Shown here piece by piece: positions 29,801 through 41,569 of a DNA stretch of 64,000 bases (within the stretch, counting starts at the first letter, position 1; each line of letters opens with the position of its first letter). Both the position numbers and the translations under genes were made by a program. Where the stretch lies: positions 6,925,855-6,989,854 of the forward strand of contig NW_002060946.1 in assembly GCF_000150275.1 (NCBI RefSeq), written 5' to 3'. This DNA is from Trichoplax adhaerens. Lineage: Eukaryota; Animalia; Placozoa. Below the pieces are notes generated by a model. The model saw nothing but the letters and a program-made list of their open reading frames with translations, made no database searches and had not been told where the DNA came from.

Positions 29801-32800
29801 TCTGCTTCTAAACTGACAACATCCTTTTAGCAAGTGATGTAAAATGGCAGCAACTAAGTTGATGAATACAGGTATGATCATGGTGTCCCTATCTACCCTT
29901 AGACTATTGTTGGGAAATTTTCTTCTAGTTATAAACCCCAATATGCTTTTAATAAGTGGTGTAAAATGGTAGTAACCACATTAATGAATAAAGAATGATC
30001 ATACGACTATCTAGCCGTAGACTGTTATTGGAAATTTTCTTCTGGTGTTCAACCTCTACGATAGTGATCGTGATTGGCATTTTTGAGGATGGAAAAAATT
30101 GAAAGACGATGTTAAACTCTCCTCATCGCATGTACTGATAGTTTACAAAATCAATTGAAAAGGATAACTAAGAAAGGAAATGGGGGGTTGCTTATTCAAA
30201 TGGTAAAACAAACTTCGATGGAAAACAGACTCAAGCTCGTTTAAAAATTGACATATGCCCATATTGGATCTGGTTCGACTTACTGCTCGACGATAGAGAC
30301 GATCATCTACATCCTCCATGGTAGGCCAATTGAATTCCCATCGAGTTGAATGATGATCAGATTAGCATCCAATTTACAAGACTTTCATGGTAAGTATATG
30401 ACTAAACTACAAGATAATTATTCTTGCTTGATGGTATCCATGATGAAAGAGGTATTAGTTATCCTTATGTAGTTTGCTGATGGTACAATAATGAGTAAAA
30501 AGACTTTGTAAACGTCGAGTCAAACAATTTCAATAATGTTTCTTCCTTTTACTCTGGCTCCAACGACATGGATAGATTACTTGTCACCTTCTACAAGAAA
30601 GTAAGACAGATTCAACAGAGATTGCCCATTGGGTCAAGGATATAAATAGTCAAATCATGGCCTAATTCTATTCTCCTTTTCTTCTATTTATTTGTCTATT
30701 AAAAATTAAATTGACTGCAATGATCATCATTGGCTAACCAATTGATTGCTAGGACAATAACATTTATTTTCCATTAATTTCCATGTAGTGGAAAAAGTAG
30801 TTGAACAACAGTACTACCCCATGTGGAAAATAGCCTTTACAATGTTGATTGATAGTATTGCAAGAGAATATGTTCAACATCATGTAAATGGCTTGAATCT
30901 TGGTTTATTTGGACTTGGAGCAAGTTGTTGTTTACGTACTCATTCCAACCATTTGTCTAATCGAGGGTAGAATTAACTGCTATAATGAAAATTAGACTCA
31001 ACATCGACTATAACGGATTCTAATCCTCTTAAGTTATTATCATGAAGTTGCAAATTGATTCGTCTAATACGTACAACATAGAATTGAAGGCGATCATGTA
31101 ATTAAGCTTAACGATTACTACAACAGTTTCTATCTTTTGATGCAATCTATCCATCCATTCCTCAATGGACGAACTCTGTCTCGTAGTTATTTATTCATTT
31201 GATCCAGGATTGTTCATTGATGATCATCATCATCATCAAGTTGCAATCCATTCGTCCAATAGAGGATAGAAATCCATGCAATGATGAAATGAAGCTATTA
31301 ACGTCTACTACAACAGTTTCTACCTTTTAATTCTATCCATCACTCTGCGCTGTCTAGCTATCTTTTACTCATTTGATTTATGATTATTCGTTCAATATTA
31401 TTCATTTTATGCATAGAATTCAATGCCATGATCAAAGTGGGTTTACAGTCTACTACAACCTTTTCTACCATTTTATTTTATCCATCATCTACTCTGTCTA
31501 GTTGTCTTTTACTCATTGGATCCATGCGTTGAATATCGTTCATTTTATTTTAGGAGTTATCATTCCATTGGTGCAATAGAGCATGGCGATGATGAAATTG
31601 AGCTCGACCTACGACCACAGTTTCGACCATTTTATTCGATCAGATGATTTATCAATCCATTTATCCAATAGAGGATAGAACTGTATGCGATATTGAAATT
31701 AGTCTCAACGCCTACTACAACAGTTTGTGTGATTTTTTTTTCTATCTTATGATTCATCAATCCTATGTCTAATAGAGGATAGAATTCTATGCGTAGATGA
31801 AATTGGGCTCCAGGCCTACTACTGCAATAGCTTCTATCCTTTATTCTATCCATTATCCATCTTCCAATAGATTTACTCTATCTTTACTGTACAACTCGCT
31901 CAATTTAATGAATCGCAAATTGAATGATCCTCTATCGAAATAAATCTACAATTACCAATATCCAATCTATCTATAGATTATCTACGCGTATATAGTATGA
32001 GTCTTGTAGCTTATAGTCATGAAGATCAAAGTGAGTGAGTCCTAAAATAACATCGTCTATTCTCTCTCATGAGTTGCCTTTTACCCATTTGATCCATGCC
32101 TGTTTATTGAACATCATCAAGTTATACGTCTAAATTAAGTTGTCTAATAGAGGATAGATTTGATGGCGATAATGAAATTGGGCTCAAAGCTTTGTACAAC
32201 TGCTTTTACTTTTTATACAATCCATCCTTCATTCTCTCATGTTCTTTATCTACTATTCGCTAAATTGAATGAATCGGAAATTCAATTATCCTCTATGGAA
32301 ATGAATCTACAACTATGAATATCCAATTTATCTACAGATACATTACGAATCTTGTTGGTCATGGTTATGCAGATCAAAGTTCATTAGATGATCTAATTTG
32401 GGCCTGAACAACATCATTAGGAAACAAATTGATAAACCCACCGCAAGCGATAATTTGCAAGTGATTCACGCTTGAAATAAACCCCAATCTCTATTTCAAG
32501 ATGGCTATCCCAATGGTCGATGAAATACATAGAAATACGTCGATTATATTTCTTGCGATTGGTGTTCCTTTAACCCTTGATAAATATATTGAGAAGATTA
32601 CTCTGCTTGATTTACAAGGATATACTATCAATTGAAGCGAGTCTTCACGCAGAAATAGCAATCACTAGTTTCAATTGAAATAGATAGTCGAATGATCGAT
32701 CTAGCGATCAGTTACTGTACTTTCCATTTTAATACAAGTGGATTTAGGGGCCTGCACGCTAGCTTATGAAATGTGAACAAATCAATGGGCTGCAATTGCA

Positions 32801-35800
32801 ATTGAAATGGATGTAGGCAAAGGGATCTCTACGCTAATTTGTCGATCAATCACTCGCCATTTTATTGTACTGTATATTCATGTAAAAGTCTCGTAGATGT
32901 CGGAATATAGCCTCTATTGTAGCTTATAGAACAATTTACTCACCCTCTTAATGTAAATTAATATAAAGATATCATGGCTGTAGGAATATGGGGCTCTATC
33001 GTAGCTAATAGGTCAAACCCCTAGCATTTTAATGCACAGTAAATTAATGTAGAAATATGTGCCTCTACACTAGCTTATAGACTAATTACCTGCTACTTAA
33101 TGAATAATGTTTATTGACTTAGAAATATCGTGGATGTAGGAATAGGGGCCTCTGTCTTAGCTTATGGATCAATCGCCCGCTATTTTAATATAATATAGAT
33201 TAATGAAGAAATATCGTGAATGTAGGAATAGAGGAATTTATCTTCGCTTTACGTGTATAGATCAATGACTCACTATTTTAAATGTAAATTAATATAGAAA
33301 TATCGTGGATGTAGGAATAGCGGTCTCTACACTGGATTATGGATCAATTATCCACCATTTTAATGTACTGCATCTTGACGTGGAAATAGGCGCCTCTATC
33401 CTAGCTTAGCGATCAATCATCCACCATTTGAATGTATATTGATGGAGAAATCTGGTGGATGTAGGACTATGGGCCTCCATCCTAACTGATGGATCAATCG
33501 CTCACCATTTTAATGTAGAAATCTTGTAAATAGAGCAATAGGGGCCTCTACGCTAGCTTACGGCTCTCCACAAGATGCTATCCTTAAAAGAAAACCATTG
33601 TGCTTCGATCTATTCCATTTATGGTGATATTTTACAAGCATAAGCGATGATTTCTATCCTACGAGTAAGTCCAAAGGATGGGTGCTGCTATGTCTACCTT
33701 GCCTGTATGGCCATAATCATGGAGAGTTTATACGAGTCTAGTTGTAAGCCTACAGTAAGCATGAGATAGATTCAAGGTTTAAACTATCTCCTCATCATGA
33801 TCCATTGCTTCTGTTATAGTTCTTGCAGTATGAATGTTTATTTTTTACATGTTTGAAAACGCTATTGACGAGCAAGAGTTAATTAATTTACTTTCAATCG
33901 ATGATGACAGCTTGAATAGACTTATTCTATAGTAGATCTTGATCTCTATTCTGTTTCAACGCTTCTGTTGGATTAAGCATATTATGGATCGATTGATTTT
34001 GATGTTGATCAATTAGAATTTATCTAGCCTCGATGGAGTTTAATGTTCATCAATTTGAGTTTTATCTAGCCAACTGCCACACTTTTAAGAGTGAAAAAAG
34101 GGCGTTCCATAGTATGGTGGAAAACAACCGGAAAGGCAACGTGAGATGGAAAAATATTGTTGCATTCAAATATCAATAATATTCCACTAGGGTGTCTTAC
34201 AATAACAAATTAACAAAGCCAATCCCCAATTAAAATGTATCCAAACTGATTGACAAAAGCAATTATCTACCACCAATTTGTCCAGTAATAGATTCCACAA
34301 CACAAGCCATGATAGACATGATCAAGGCAATGATGGATCAAGATGCTAATGCCATATCCATCCTGTATTTTGAATATCATTCCCATAAAGCCCGTTCAAA
34401 AATTGTCAAGCTTTCCTGTCCAATTCTTCTACTTTTATAATTGTTTTTGGCTTACAGAGGTATATCCAAGCTACAATCGCAATTATTTTGCCATCCATAT
34501 CATGTACGTGTATAATACAATTATAATAAGTTCATAAAATAAATTTCAATGACTGGGGGATAACATTCTTTACAACTAGATAGCAGATGATGGCGAAATA
34601 TTATCTGGTTTATTTCCATTTCAAGTCTAGCTTAGCTCGATCATATCCAATTAGAAATTCATCTCCATCTCTTGACATGAGTTTATAAGTTGCTTATAGC
34701 AAGAGAAATTTGCCTCCGTAACGTTAGAAATACGCGTAGGTAATATTGGAAATGCAATAATTGAGAGAATTATTGCTAACTATTTCTCCAAATAAGATCG
34801 ATCTTGAATAAAGTAAGGATGCTTTGTAAAGGAAATATCATTATTGGGATATGGGATTGCATCTTGGTTGTTATTGAAGTTATGGCTAAGACCATGCTCA
34901 TGTTACTATGCATTAATAAAATCATCGATCGAAGCCATTATTAGATCGTCGTCTTTCCCAGTCTTGTTGCAGTAAAAATGTTATTTCCCATTTTTGGGAT
35001 AGAAGGATGGAATAGGGATTGTATCGCTATACAACAGTAGCATGGCGAAAGTACTGTAAGTTAGGTTAAATCGTAGGAAAAGGAAGTCAAATTCTTCCTG
35101 CCGTATTTTTCAATTTTCGATGAATCTACTGTAAATCTGAGTTGGAGACGATGCCATCATTCAATTTCGATCAGTCTAATTCTGCGTTGGATACAATCGG
35201 ATCGTTTAATTTTGATGAATTTAATTCTGTGTTGGATACAATCGGATCGTTCAATTTTGATGAATTTAATTCTGTGTTGGATACAATGTGATCTAATTCC
35301 ATGTTGGGTTCAATCTCATCGCTCCATTTCGATGAATCGAATTCTGAGTCAGATACAAAGTGATCTTTCTACTTGGATGCATTTCATTCTGCGTTGGATA
35401 CAATCTTATGATTCTATTTCGGTGAATCGAATCAATGTGGATACAATCTGATCGTTCTGTTTCCATCAAATCGAAATCGAAGTACAGTATATACGTATAG
35501 ATATGATATCATACAACTTTTCTCGTTTCCTCCCTCTCCCCCCACCCCCCAAAAAATGACGATTGCTGCGTTCAATCTTGCCATCAAACAATTTTATTCA
35601 GTAAATAAAGATCCATATTACAATTTCATAGTAATAGTGAGTAGCCTATCGCATAATCGATTGATTAACCTGGCTAGATAATTGTTTGACGGATAATCAT
35701 CTTAATTAGGTAGGAAAAAGATGAGCTTCATGGCAAGATTACTCTAGATAAAACAGTGATCTATCCAAGAACTTTATGCTTCCATCATTGAATCGTTGAT

Positions 35801-38086
35801 AGTCCAGATGGCTAGTAAGACGTCGATTTGAAAAAAAGATTTTGACCGATTTACGTTTTCACAACGGTGTTACTACCCTACTAGGATCAAGTTAAGCAAA
35901 CTTATGCTAGTGTAGTTTTAATTAATGAACGCGTATTCCTTTCTGGTGGTAATTCAAGGTGAAATAATCTCACCTTCGAAAGCCTGAAAGGACGCCTTTT
36001 TAGTCTAATAATGAACACTTGTATCATCTACAATCACTTTGCAAAAGCTAGAAAGGGAAAAATCGATCAAAGGCAGTAAAAACAATTCAATTGATGCCGT
36101 TTACAAGAAAAATAAAACTTGGAAAAAATGAAACTGCTTCTGAAGAGTTCTCAATCAGCTAAAATAAACATCTTATCCATGCCGCTGTTGGAAAGCTAAT
36201 TGGTATCTTACTCCGCCCGTTGATCATATAAGCTATCTGTCTACATGAAATTAATAGACAGTTGACGATCACTCATTCGGATGAGACAGGAGGAAAGCAA
36301 ATAGAAAATGAGAACATAATCCAATTTATGTGAGAAGTAAATATATAAGAATATTTAATGAAAGAGAATATCATTGCTGAAAAATAACATTAACATTTAT
36401 AGATTCGAGTAAGCGAAAGCATGATTCCATGGTGCTGATAGTTTGGATACTTTATCGTGCAGTTCTTGGAAAGGAAATGGCGATGAAAAATCAACTTAAT
36501 TTGGGGTCAAGAGGACAAAAGGATGGACGATGATAAGTCGGATCACGAATCATGACTATCATTCCTTTTTACTGCTGTGTGGAGGTGCGTCCATATTGGT
36601 AGCATATTTTTTTCTATCCTAAATAATCATGCTTATGTTGTTGGATGACACTGTGCGCGTGCCATAACAATCCAATCTCACGATTCTTTCTGACTCAATA
36701 ATGACAGGTTAGGATAGGGGAACAAAATCAAATCGATGATGATCAAAAGTTCAAGGATGAATTGAATGCTATCCAATCCTAGATTTGTTTCTACAGTCAT
36801 TGCCTTCATCTGGATAGCGTTTTTTTATGTTCCAAATTGTGTTTATCTTCATCTCCTCTTGGTGCCACATGATGATGGATCAACGGCATATTTTTAAGCT
36901 TATCATTGAAATGATGATGACGATGAGTCACTGGGTAGGGTAGGAAATAAAGATGAATCATTTCCTGGATGATGGCAAGAGAAAAAAGGATAGTAAGCCA
37001 AATGGGGAATCATGACTGATTGGCTGTCCCTCCCTCCCTCTTTTACTTGTTAGCAAAGTCTATTTCATGTTGATAGTGCATTACTGGTAGAAGAAATGAA
37101 ATGTTGACATTGATTTATTACACTGTCGTCTCATGATGATGAATTGATCAACGACATATTTTAAGCTTGTTCATAAAATAATGATGACAACGGATTAAGA
37201 AGGAAATAGTCGTAGAGATAATAATAATAAAAAAAAAATGAGATGATGATAAGCAGAATGGGAATCGTTGTTATCCGCTGTTGTACTCCGTTGTAGAATT
37301 CATTTGAAAGGCCTGATCTATCGATCGGCTATTATGCAAAATCGTGCTGATATGAATATTTTCTTGTGGTTGTAAAATGGAATGGTCACTTTTGACGGAA
37401 AAACTGTAGTGATGATAATCATGACTGATTGGGATCGAAATGGAGATTGGCAAGATAAAACAATGAATGATGTTAAGAAGAAAAAAAAAGCAAGGATAAA
37501 GGATGGAAAATGCAATCCAATACATCATTGCCATCTGATCCGAGTAGAGTACTGTTTGGATTAGGGTGGAAATAGAATTGGGAAAAATGATAGCAAGAAA
37601 AGAAGAAATGATGGCAAGTTTCATGCAATGCATGATTGCAATCGGCTGGTACTACGAGTAGGATTGAAATGTTGTATTTTCCAATGCAATGATAAACTCA
37701 AAGCAGCCAGTGATACAATCATGTTGAAACGAGGCCAAATTGTGTGCATCAAGATACAGAAAGATGATTTGATGAAAAATCAGTATGATGATGGATTGCT
37801 ATGGTAGACTTACTTCACGTTGCGAAGTGGCTTCGTGTTTTTTCTTGCGTTGCTTCTGTTTGGATGTTGAGCGTGCATTATTGGATGATGATGGATTGGT
37901 TGGATTAGCAGTAGCGGCAGCAGCAGCAGGCGTAGTAGCCATATTGGCTCCTCCACTAGGATGATCATGAAGGGATGCTGTTGGAAGGAATGACGACTGC
38001 TGATGATTTGAATATTCTTGTTGTTGCCATCGATGATTACTCATATTATTATGTTGATGATGACGATGATTACTCTGCAACATCAT
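14320..38086 (-). CDS. DIXDC1: Dixin / DIX domain-containing protein 1 (Ccd1) orthologue, spliced (CH domain + coiled coil + DIX)
   Basis: Hand-translated GT-AG exons. CH domain: 22462-22591 QQIVTYTLWINSQLKKISGQRQIYQFQDDLRDGVALAQLIAAL; 20062-20187 GEILPGIDNNPETIEACQNNVDRVLQFMAAKRMQMHRTVAK; 19390-19973 DIVDGNIKATMRLVLAIAAHYKP (vertebrate DIXDC1 has DIVDGNLKSIMRLVLALAAHFKP). Middle exons: 19073-19150, 18829-18879, ~18458-18562 (coiled coil), ~17902-17945, 17170-17244, 16782-16883, 16494-16592, 16271-16333. DIX exons: 14785-14930, 14507-14615, 14320-14397 (...[40 protein letters not shown]). The 5' exon 37814-38086 is inferred and less certain than the 14320-22591 core. Confidence 0.9.
18652..18815. 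other. Assembly gap (run of N) inside the Dixin coiled-coil region
   Basis: 164 consecutive N; may hide one or more Dixin exons. Confidence 0.99.
20990..21970. repeat. Intronic ~420-bp duplication plus shorter ATGCGATTATTGC subrepeats (Dixin intron)
   Basis: TTTGGA..GAC..ATTGAAG.GGAAGTT...AAGAA.TTGCCGAATAAAGA at ~21000 and ~21420; CTATGCGATTATTGC-like motifs at ~21319, 21741, 21846, 21956. Confidence 0.75.
26050..27990. repeat. Higher-order tandem repeat of alternating ~80-bp (A) and ~122-bp (B) related monomers
   Basis: A = CTTCACTGTGACTACT..TAGCTTAGCATAAG...GCTGCAATCATCATGGTGAT; B = CTTCACTTTGGCTACT...TTTCTTTCCTTTCTCCCTTGTAGAG..CAAAAGAAGATC. A monomers start at 26599, 26804 and 27009 (period 205). 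Confidence 0.85.
28500..28865. repeat. Degenerate tandem repeat, ~80-bp unit, ~5 copies
   Basis: ATTTCTACCTTGGAT...AACCTTCTCAT recurs. Confidence 0.7.
29030..30050. repeat. Degenerate tandem repeat, ~115-125-bp unit, ~8 copies
   Basis: GATGTAAAATGGCAGTGACAAAGTTGATGAATAAA...CTA(T/C)CCTTAGACT...GAAATTTTCTTCTGG at ~29487, 29612, 29720, 29837, 29958, with older copies upstream. Confidence 0.8.
31070..32340. repeat. Degenerate irregular tandem repeat, ~7-8 copies
   Basis: AATAGAGGATAGAA...GATGAAATTG.GCTC...CTACTACAACAGTTTCTA recurs. Confidence 0.7.
32740..33560. repeat. Degenerate tandem repeat, ~70-90-bp unit, ~11 copies
   Basis: AGAAATATCGTGGATGTAGGAATAGGGGCCTCTA..CTAGCTTATGGATCAAT...CATTTTAATG recurs. 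Confidence 0.8.
35110..35460. repeat. Minisatellite, 45-bp unit, ~7 copies
   Basis: TCAATTTTGATGAATTTAATTCTGTGTTGGATACAATCGGATCGT-like unit at 35161, 35206, 35251 and degenerate flanks. Confidence 0.8.
37814..38086 (-). CDS. Probable first coding exon of Dixin (91 aa, low complexity)
   Basis: ATG at 38086 opens MMLQSNHRHHQHNN...MATTPAAAAATANP...KQKQRKKKHEATSQRE. It ends at a perfect GTAAGT donor (37808-37813) in phase 0, matching the phase-0 acceptor of the CH exon at 22591, and it lies directly beside the GC-rich island. Confidence 0.6.
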
Positions 38087-38319
38087 CGAGTGGATATCCA
38101 CTGGTGCTTGTACACCAAGCAATGGACAACGGTGGTAGCCGGTCAATGGTGCCTTTAAGAGAGCACTGGATCGCTTAATAAAGACTTAAATTCAAGCAAG
38201 ATGTTGTACAACTGCTGTGGATAAAATGAGCGTTGATGAAATGGACAAATAGCAAGGCTGATCGATGCAAGCAAGCCAATAGGTAAACATTTCGTCTTGT
38301 CCTTTTTGCCTTCTTGGCC

Positions 38320-38990
38320 ATCCACTTGTGGGGTAGGGCTGTCCCAGACCCACCTTGAAATGGTTAGGCTGGCCGACCCCGGTCGAGCGGGTGAGGGCTA
38401 CAGTGTACAGTGTACAGTGTACAGTGTACGGTTGACGGTCGGCAGGGAGGAATACTGTACTGTACTGTAGATGGGGGAAAATGCCTCAACTTGCTATGAC
38501 TAGTCTACCACTGGTACACTCCATTGTTGCGTATACTCTTGTATGGATTATATCACCGACTATTTTCCTTTGCAGTCGACCATGGGCACTACGCGTCCAC
38601 ACCGGTCCAAGGGGGGCAAACAAACACGTGAGCGCCGACTTGTGGGTAGAAAGTCGATGGAGCCAACAAACGACGATAGTGTGTATGGGTTGGGCAGTCA
38701 TGTTTGTGCATGAGCCAACGTCATGGTCTGCTCCGACTTGACGCCATCACTTCTGCCCGTCCAAGCGTCTGTAGTACAGGACAGTAACCCATAGTAACCC
38801 ATACCCAGAGTCGACTCCAGTGTGTCGTTGTGACACAATTGTCGACACCAACACCGCCTCCAATCATAGCGTCATCATCCAATCCATGACACTTATCACG
38901 TGACCACCGGCAACAAGGTTGACCATCGACCGGTCAACCGTGTACGCTGACTCGATTGCTCGTCCTTTCAACGGTACCAAAGTCGACTGA
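38320..38990 (-). promoter_or_regulatory. GC/CpG-rich island, putative Dixin promoter
   Basis: Abrupt rise in GC and CpG against the AT-rich background, 5' of the putative first exon. Contains (TACAGTG)4, (TACTG)3, E-boxes CACGTG (~38625 and 38897), four GTCGAC palindromes and an RFX X-box match at 38900-38914. Confidence 0.6.
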
Positions 38991-39039
38991 CTTAATCCAT
39001 CTTCACCACACCTTCAATTTGACCAATTTCGATCTTACC

Positions 39040-40580
39040 ATCTTCTCCATATTGCTCATATTGGATTACAAGGATAGTTATATTGCATATCGTTCTATCT
39101 CACCATCTACTCGATATTGCTCAATCGACTATGGTGTAGCGATGCACCCATATTGCATTACAAGGATAGTTATATTGCATATCGTTCTGTTTGACCATCT
39201 ACTCGATATTGCTCAATTGACTATGGTGTAGTGATGCACCCATATTGCATTACAAGGATAGCTATGTTGCATATCGTTCTATCTCACCATCTACTCCATA
39301 TTGCTCAATCGACTATGGTGTAGTGATGCACCCATATTGCATTACAAGGATAGCTATGTTGCATATCGTTCTATCTCACCATCTACTCCATATTGCTCAA
39401 TCGACTATGGTGTAGTGATGCACCCATATTGCATTACAAGGATAGTTATATTCAATATCGTTCTATCTCACCATCTACTCGATATTGCTCAATCGACCAT
39501 CGGATAGTGATGCACCCATATTGCATTACAAGGATAGCTATATTGCATATCCATTCTGTTTGACCATCTACTCCATATTGCTCAATCGACCATAGTGTAG
39601 TGATGCACCCATATTGCATTACAAGGATAGTTATATTGCATATCGTTCTGTTTGACCATCTACTCGATATTGCTCAATCGACTATGGTGTAGTGATGCAC
39701 CCATATTGCATTACAAGGATAGTTATATTGCATATCGTTCTGTTTGACCATCTACTCGATATTGCTCAATCGACTATGGTGTAGCGATGCACCCATATTG
39801 CATTACAAGGATAGTTATATTCAATATCGTTCTATCTCACCATCTACTCGATATTGCTCAATCGACTATGGTGTAGCGATGCACCCATATTGCATTACAA
39901 GGATAGTTATATTCAATATCGTTCTATCTCACCATCTACTCGATATTGCTCAATCGACTATGGTGTAGCGATGCACCCATATTGCATTACAAGGATAGTT
40001 ATATTGCATATCGTTCTGTTTGACCATCTACTCGATATTGCTCAATCGACTATGGTGTAGTGATGCACCCATATTGCATTACAAGGATAGTTATATTGCA
40101 TATCGTTCTGTTTGACCATCTACTCGATATTGCTCAATCGACTATGGTGTAGTGATGCACCCATATTGCATTACAAGGATAGCTATGTTGCATATCGTTC
40201 TATCTCACCATCTACTCCATATTGCTCAATCGACTATGGTGTAGTGATGCACCCATATTGCATTACAAGGATAGCTATATTGCATATCCATTCTGTTTGA
40301 CCATCTACTCCATATTGCTCAATCGACCATGGTGTAGTGATGCACCCATATTGCATTACAAGGATAGCTATATTGCATATCGTTCTGTTTGACCATTTTC
40401 CATCACCTATCTTACCATCTACTCGATATTACTCAATCGACTATGGTGTAGTGATGCACCCATATTGCATTACAAGAATAGTTATATTCAATATCGTTCT
40501 ATCTCACCATCTACTCGATATTGCTCAATCGACCATGGTATAGTGATGCACACATATTGCATTACAAGGATAGCTATACT
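39040..40580. repeat. Young tandem array, 92-bp unit, ~16 copies
   Basis: Consensus ATATTGCATTACAAGGATAGTTATATTGCATATCGTTCT(ATCTC/GTTTG)ACCATCTACTCGATATTGCTCAATCGACTATGGTGTAGTGATGCACCC; period 92 (e.g. 39151 to 39243); near-identical copies and no unique spacers. Confidence 0.97.
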
Positions 40581-41569
40581 TGATTATTCATTATTTCAAC
40601 GGTACCTACATGTCGTGATTTCAGCTAATTACAGTAGTTTTGTGTAGGCAATACACTACACTACATTAGACCCCGCTAGTTTATCCCCAATTTCTTGGTA
40701 GACTTGGCCGAAACGATCGCACTGAGAAATGGATGAATTTCCCTATTTTTATTCTATAGAAATGTGAAGTGGTGTATGACATAAGCTTCAGTACAATAGT
40801 TTCAGCCAAGTATTTTAAAAATATTCTATCAACTAGCGTGACAGTACAGCAAACTGCTAACGCGAGTTTCGCTAGTATAGATAAAGACAGTAATCACCAA
40901 AAAGCCAGTCGTAAAATTCGCTTATCCCACGCGTTGTATTATTCGTTCATCGCCATGCAATCGATGATGTACATACTGTGTACTAATGCAGTACTACATT
41001 GATCGTATTACTGTACCAATACTATGCAACAGCATCGTAGCGTAGACAGTATTTTGCTGTACATCTTGCAATGGACGCTAGTTGGTTAATCCCTAGGGAT
41101 TTTTCAATCATCAATCCCGCCTTGATTGCCGTAGCCGGCGGCACAGCACTTCTTTAGAGCCATATCCATCGATTAACCCAATTCAATATGTTATATAATC
41201 CAGTACGGACGCGTATGAATTCGATTATTATCGCGAAAGAGTAATATGCAAAAAATCTTTTACAAGACGATACCATATGGTAGTGTAATCGATTGTAGAG
41301 GCGCAGGTACTAGCCAATTGGACTGCCAATTTCATGTCTCACAATATACCCAACTTTTCTCAGATCCATGTCTAATCATAATGTCAAGATAAAGACCTCA
41401 GAAATACCCTCTACGTGTCTATTTTTGGTAACCACACATTGCATACAATCAACCTGGACGAGAACATCTACTCGCCTATATTATCTTGTATAATAGTAGT
41501 GTCCTCCTTACAACCAAGATTGCGCTAGCTTTCAAGGAAGGAGTTGCTGGCGGAAACGGTTATGCTACG

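Noticed and set aside
22786-37633. Many 60-130 aa ORFs in the large intron (e.g. 25098-25499, 37271-37633)
   Set aside because: No domain motifs or consistent splice structure; many start at TTG/GTG or lie within repeats.
22592-37813. Intron content as a transposon or endogenous virus
   Set aside because: No RT, integrase, transposase or capsid motifs, and no TIR/LTR pair or TSD seen.
39040-40580. 92-bp array as a CRISPR array or as coding ORFs
   Set aside because: No unique spacers, no cas genes and a eukaryotic context. The ORFs are frame-shifting by-products of a unit length not divisible by 3.
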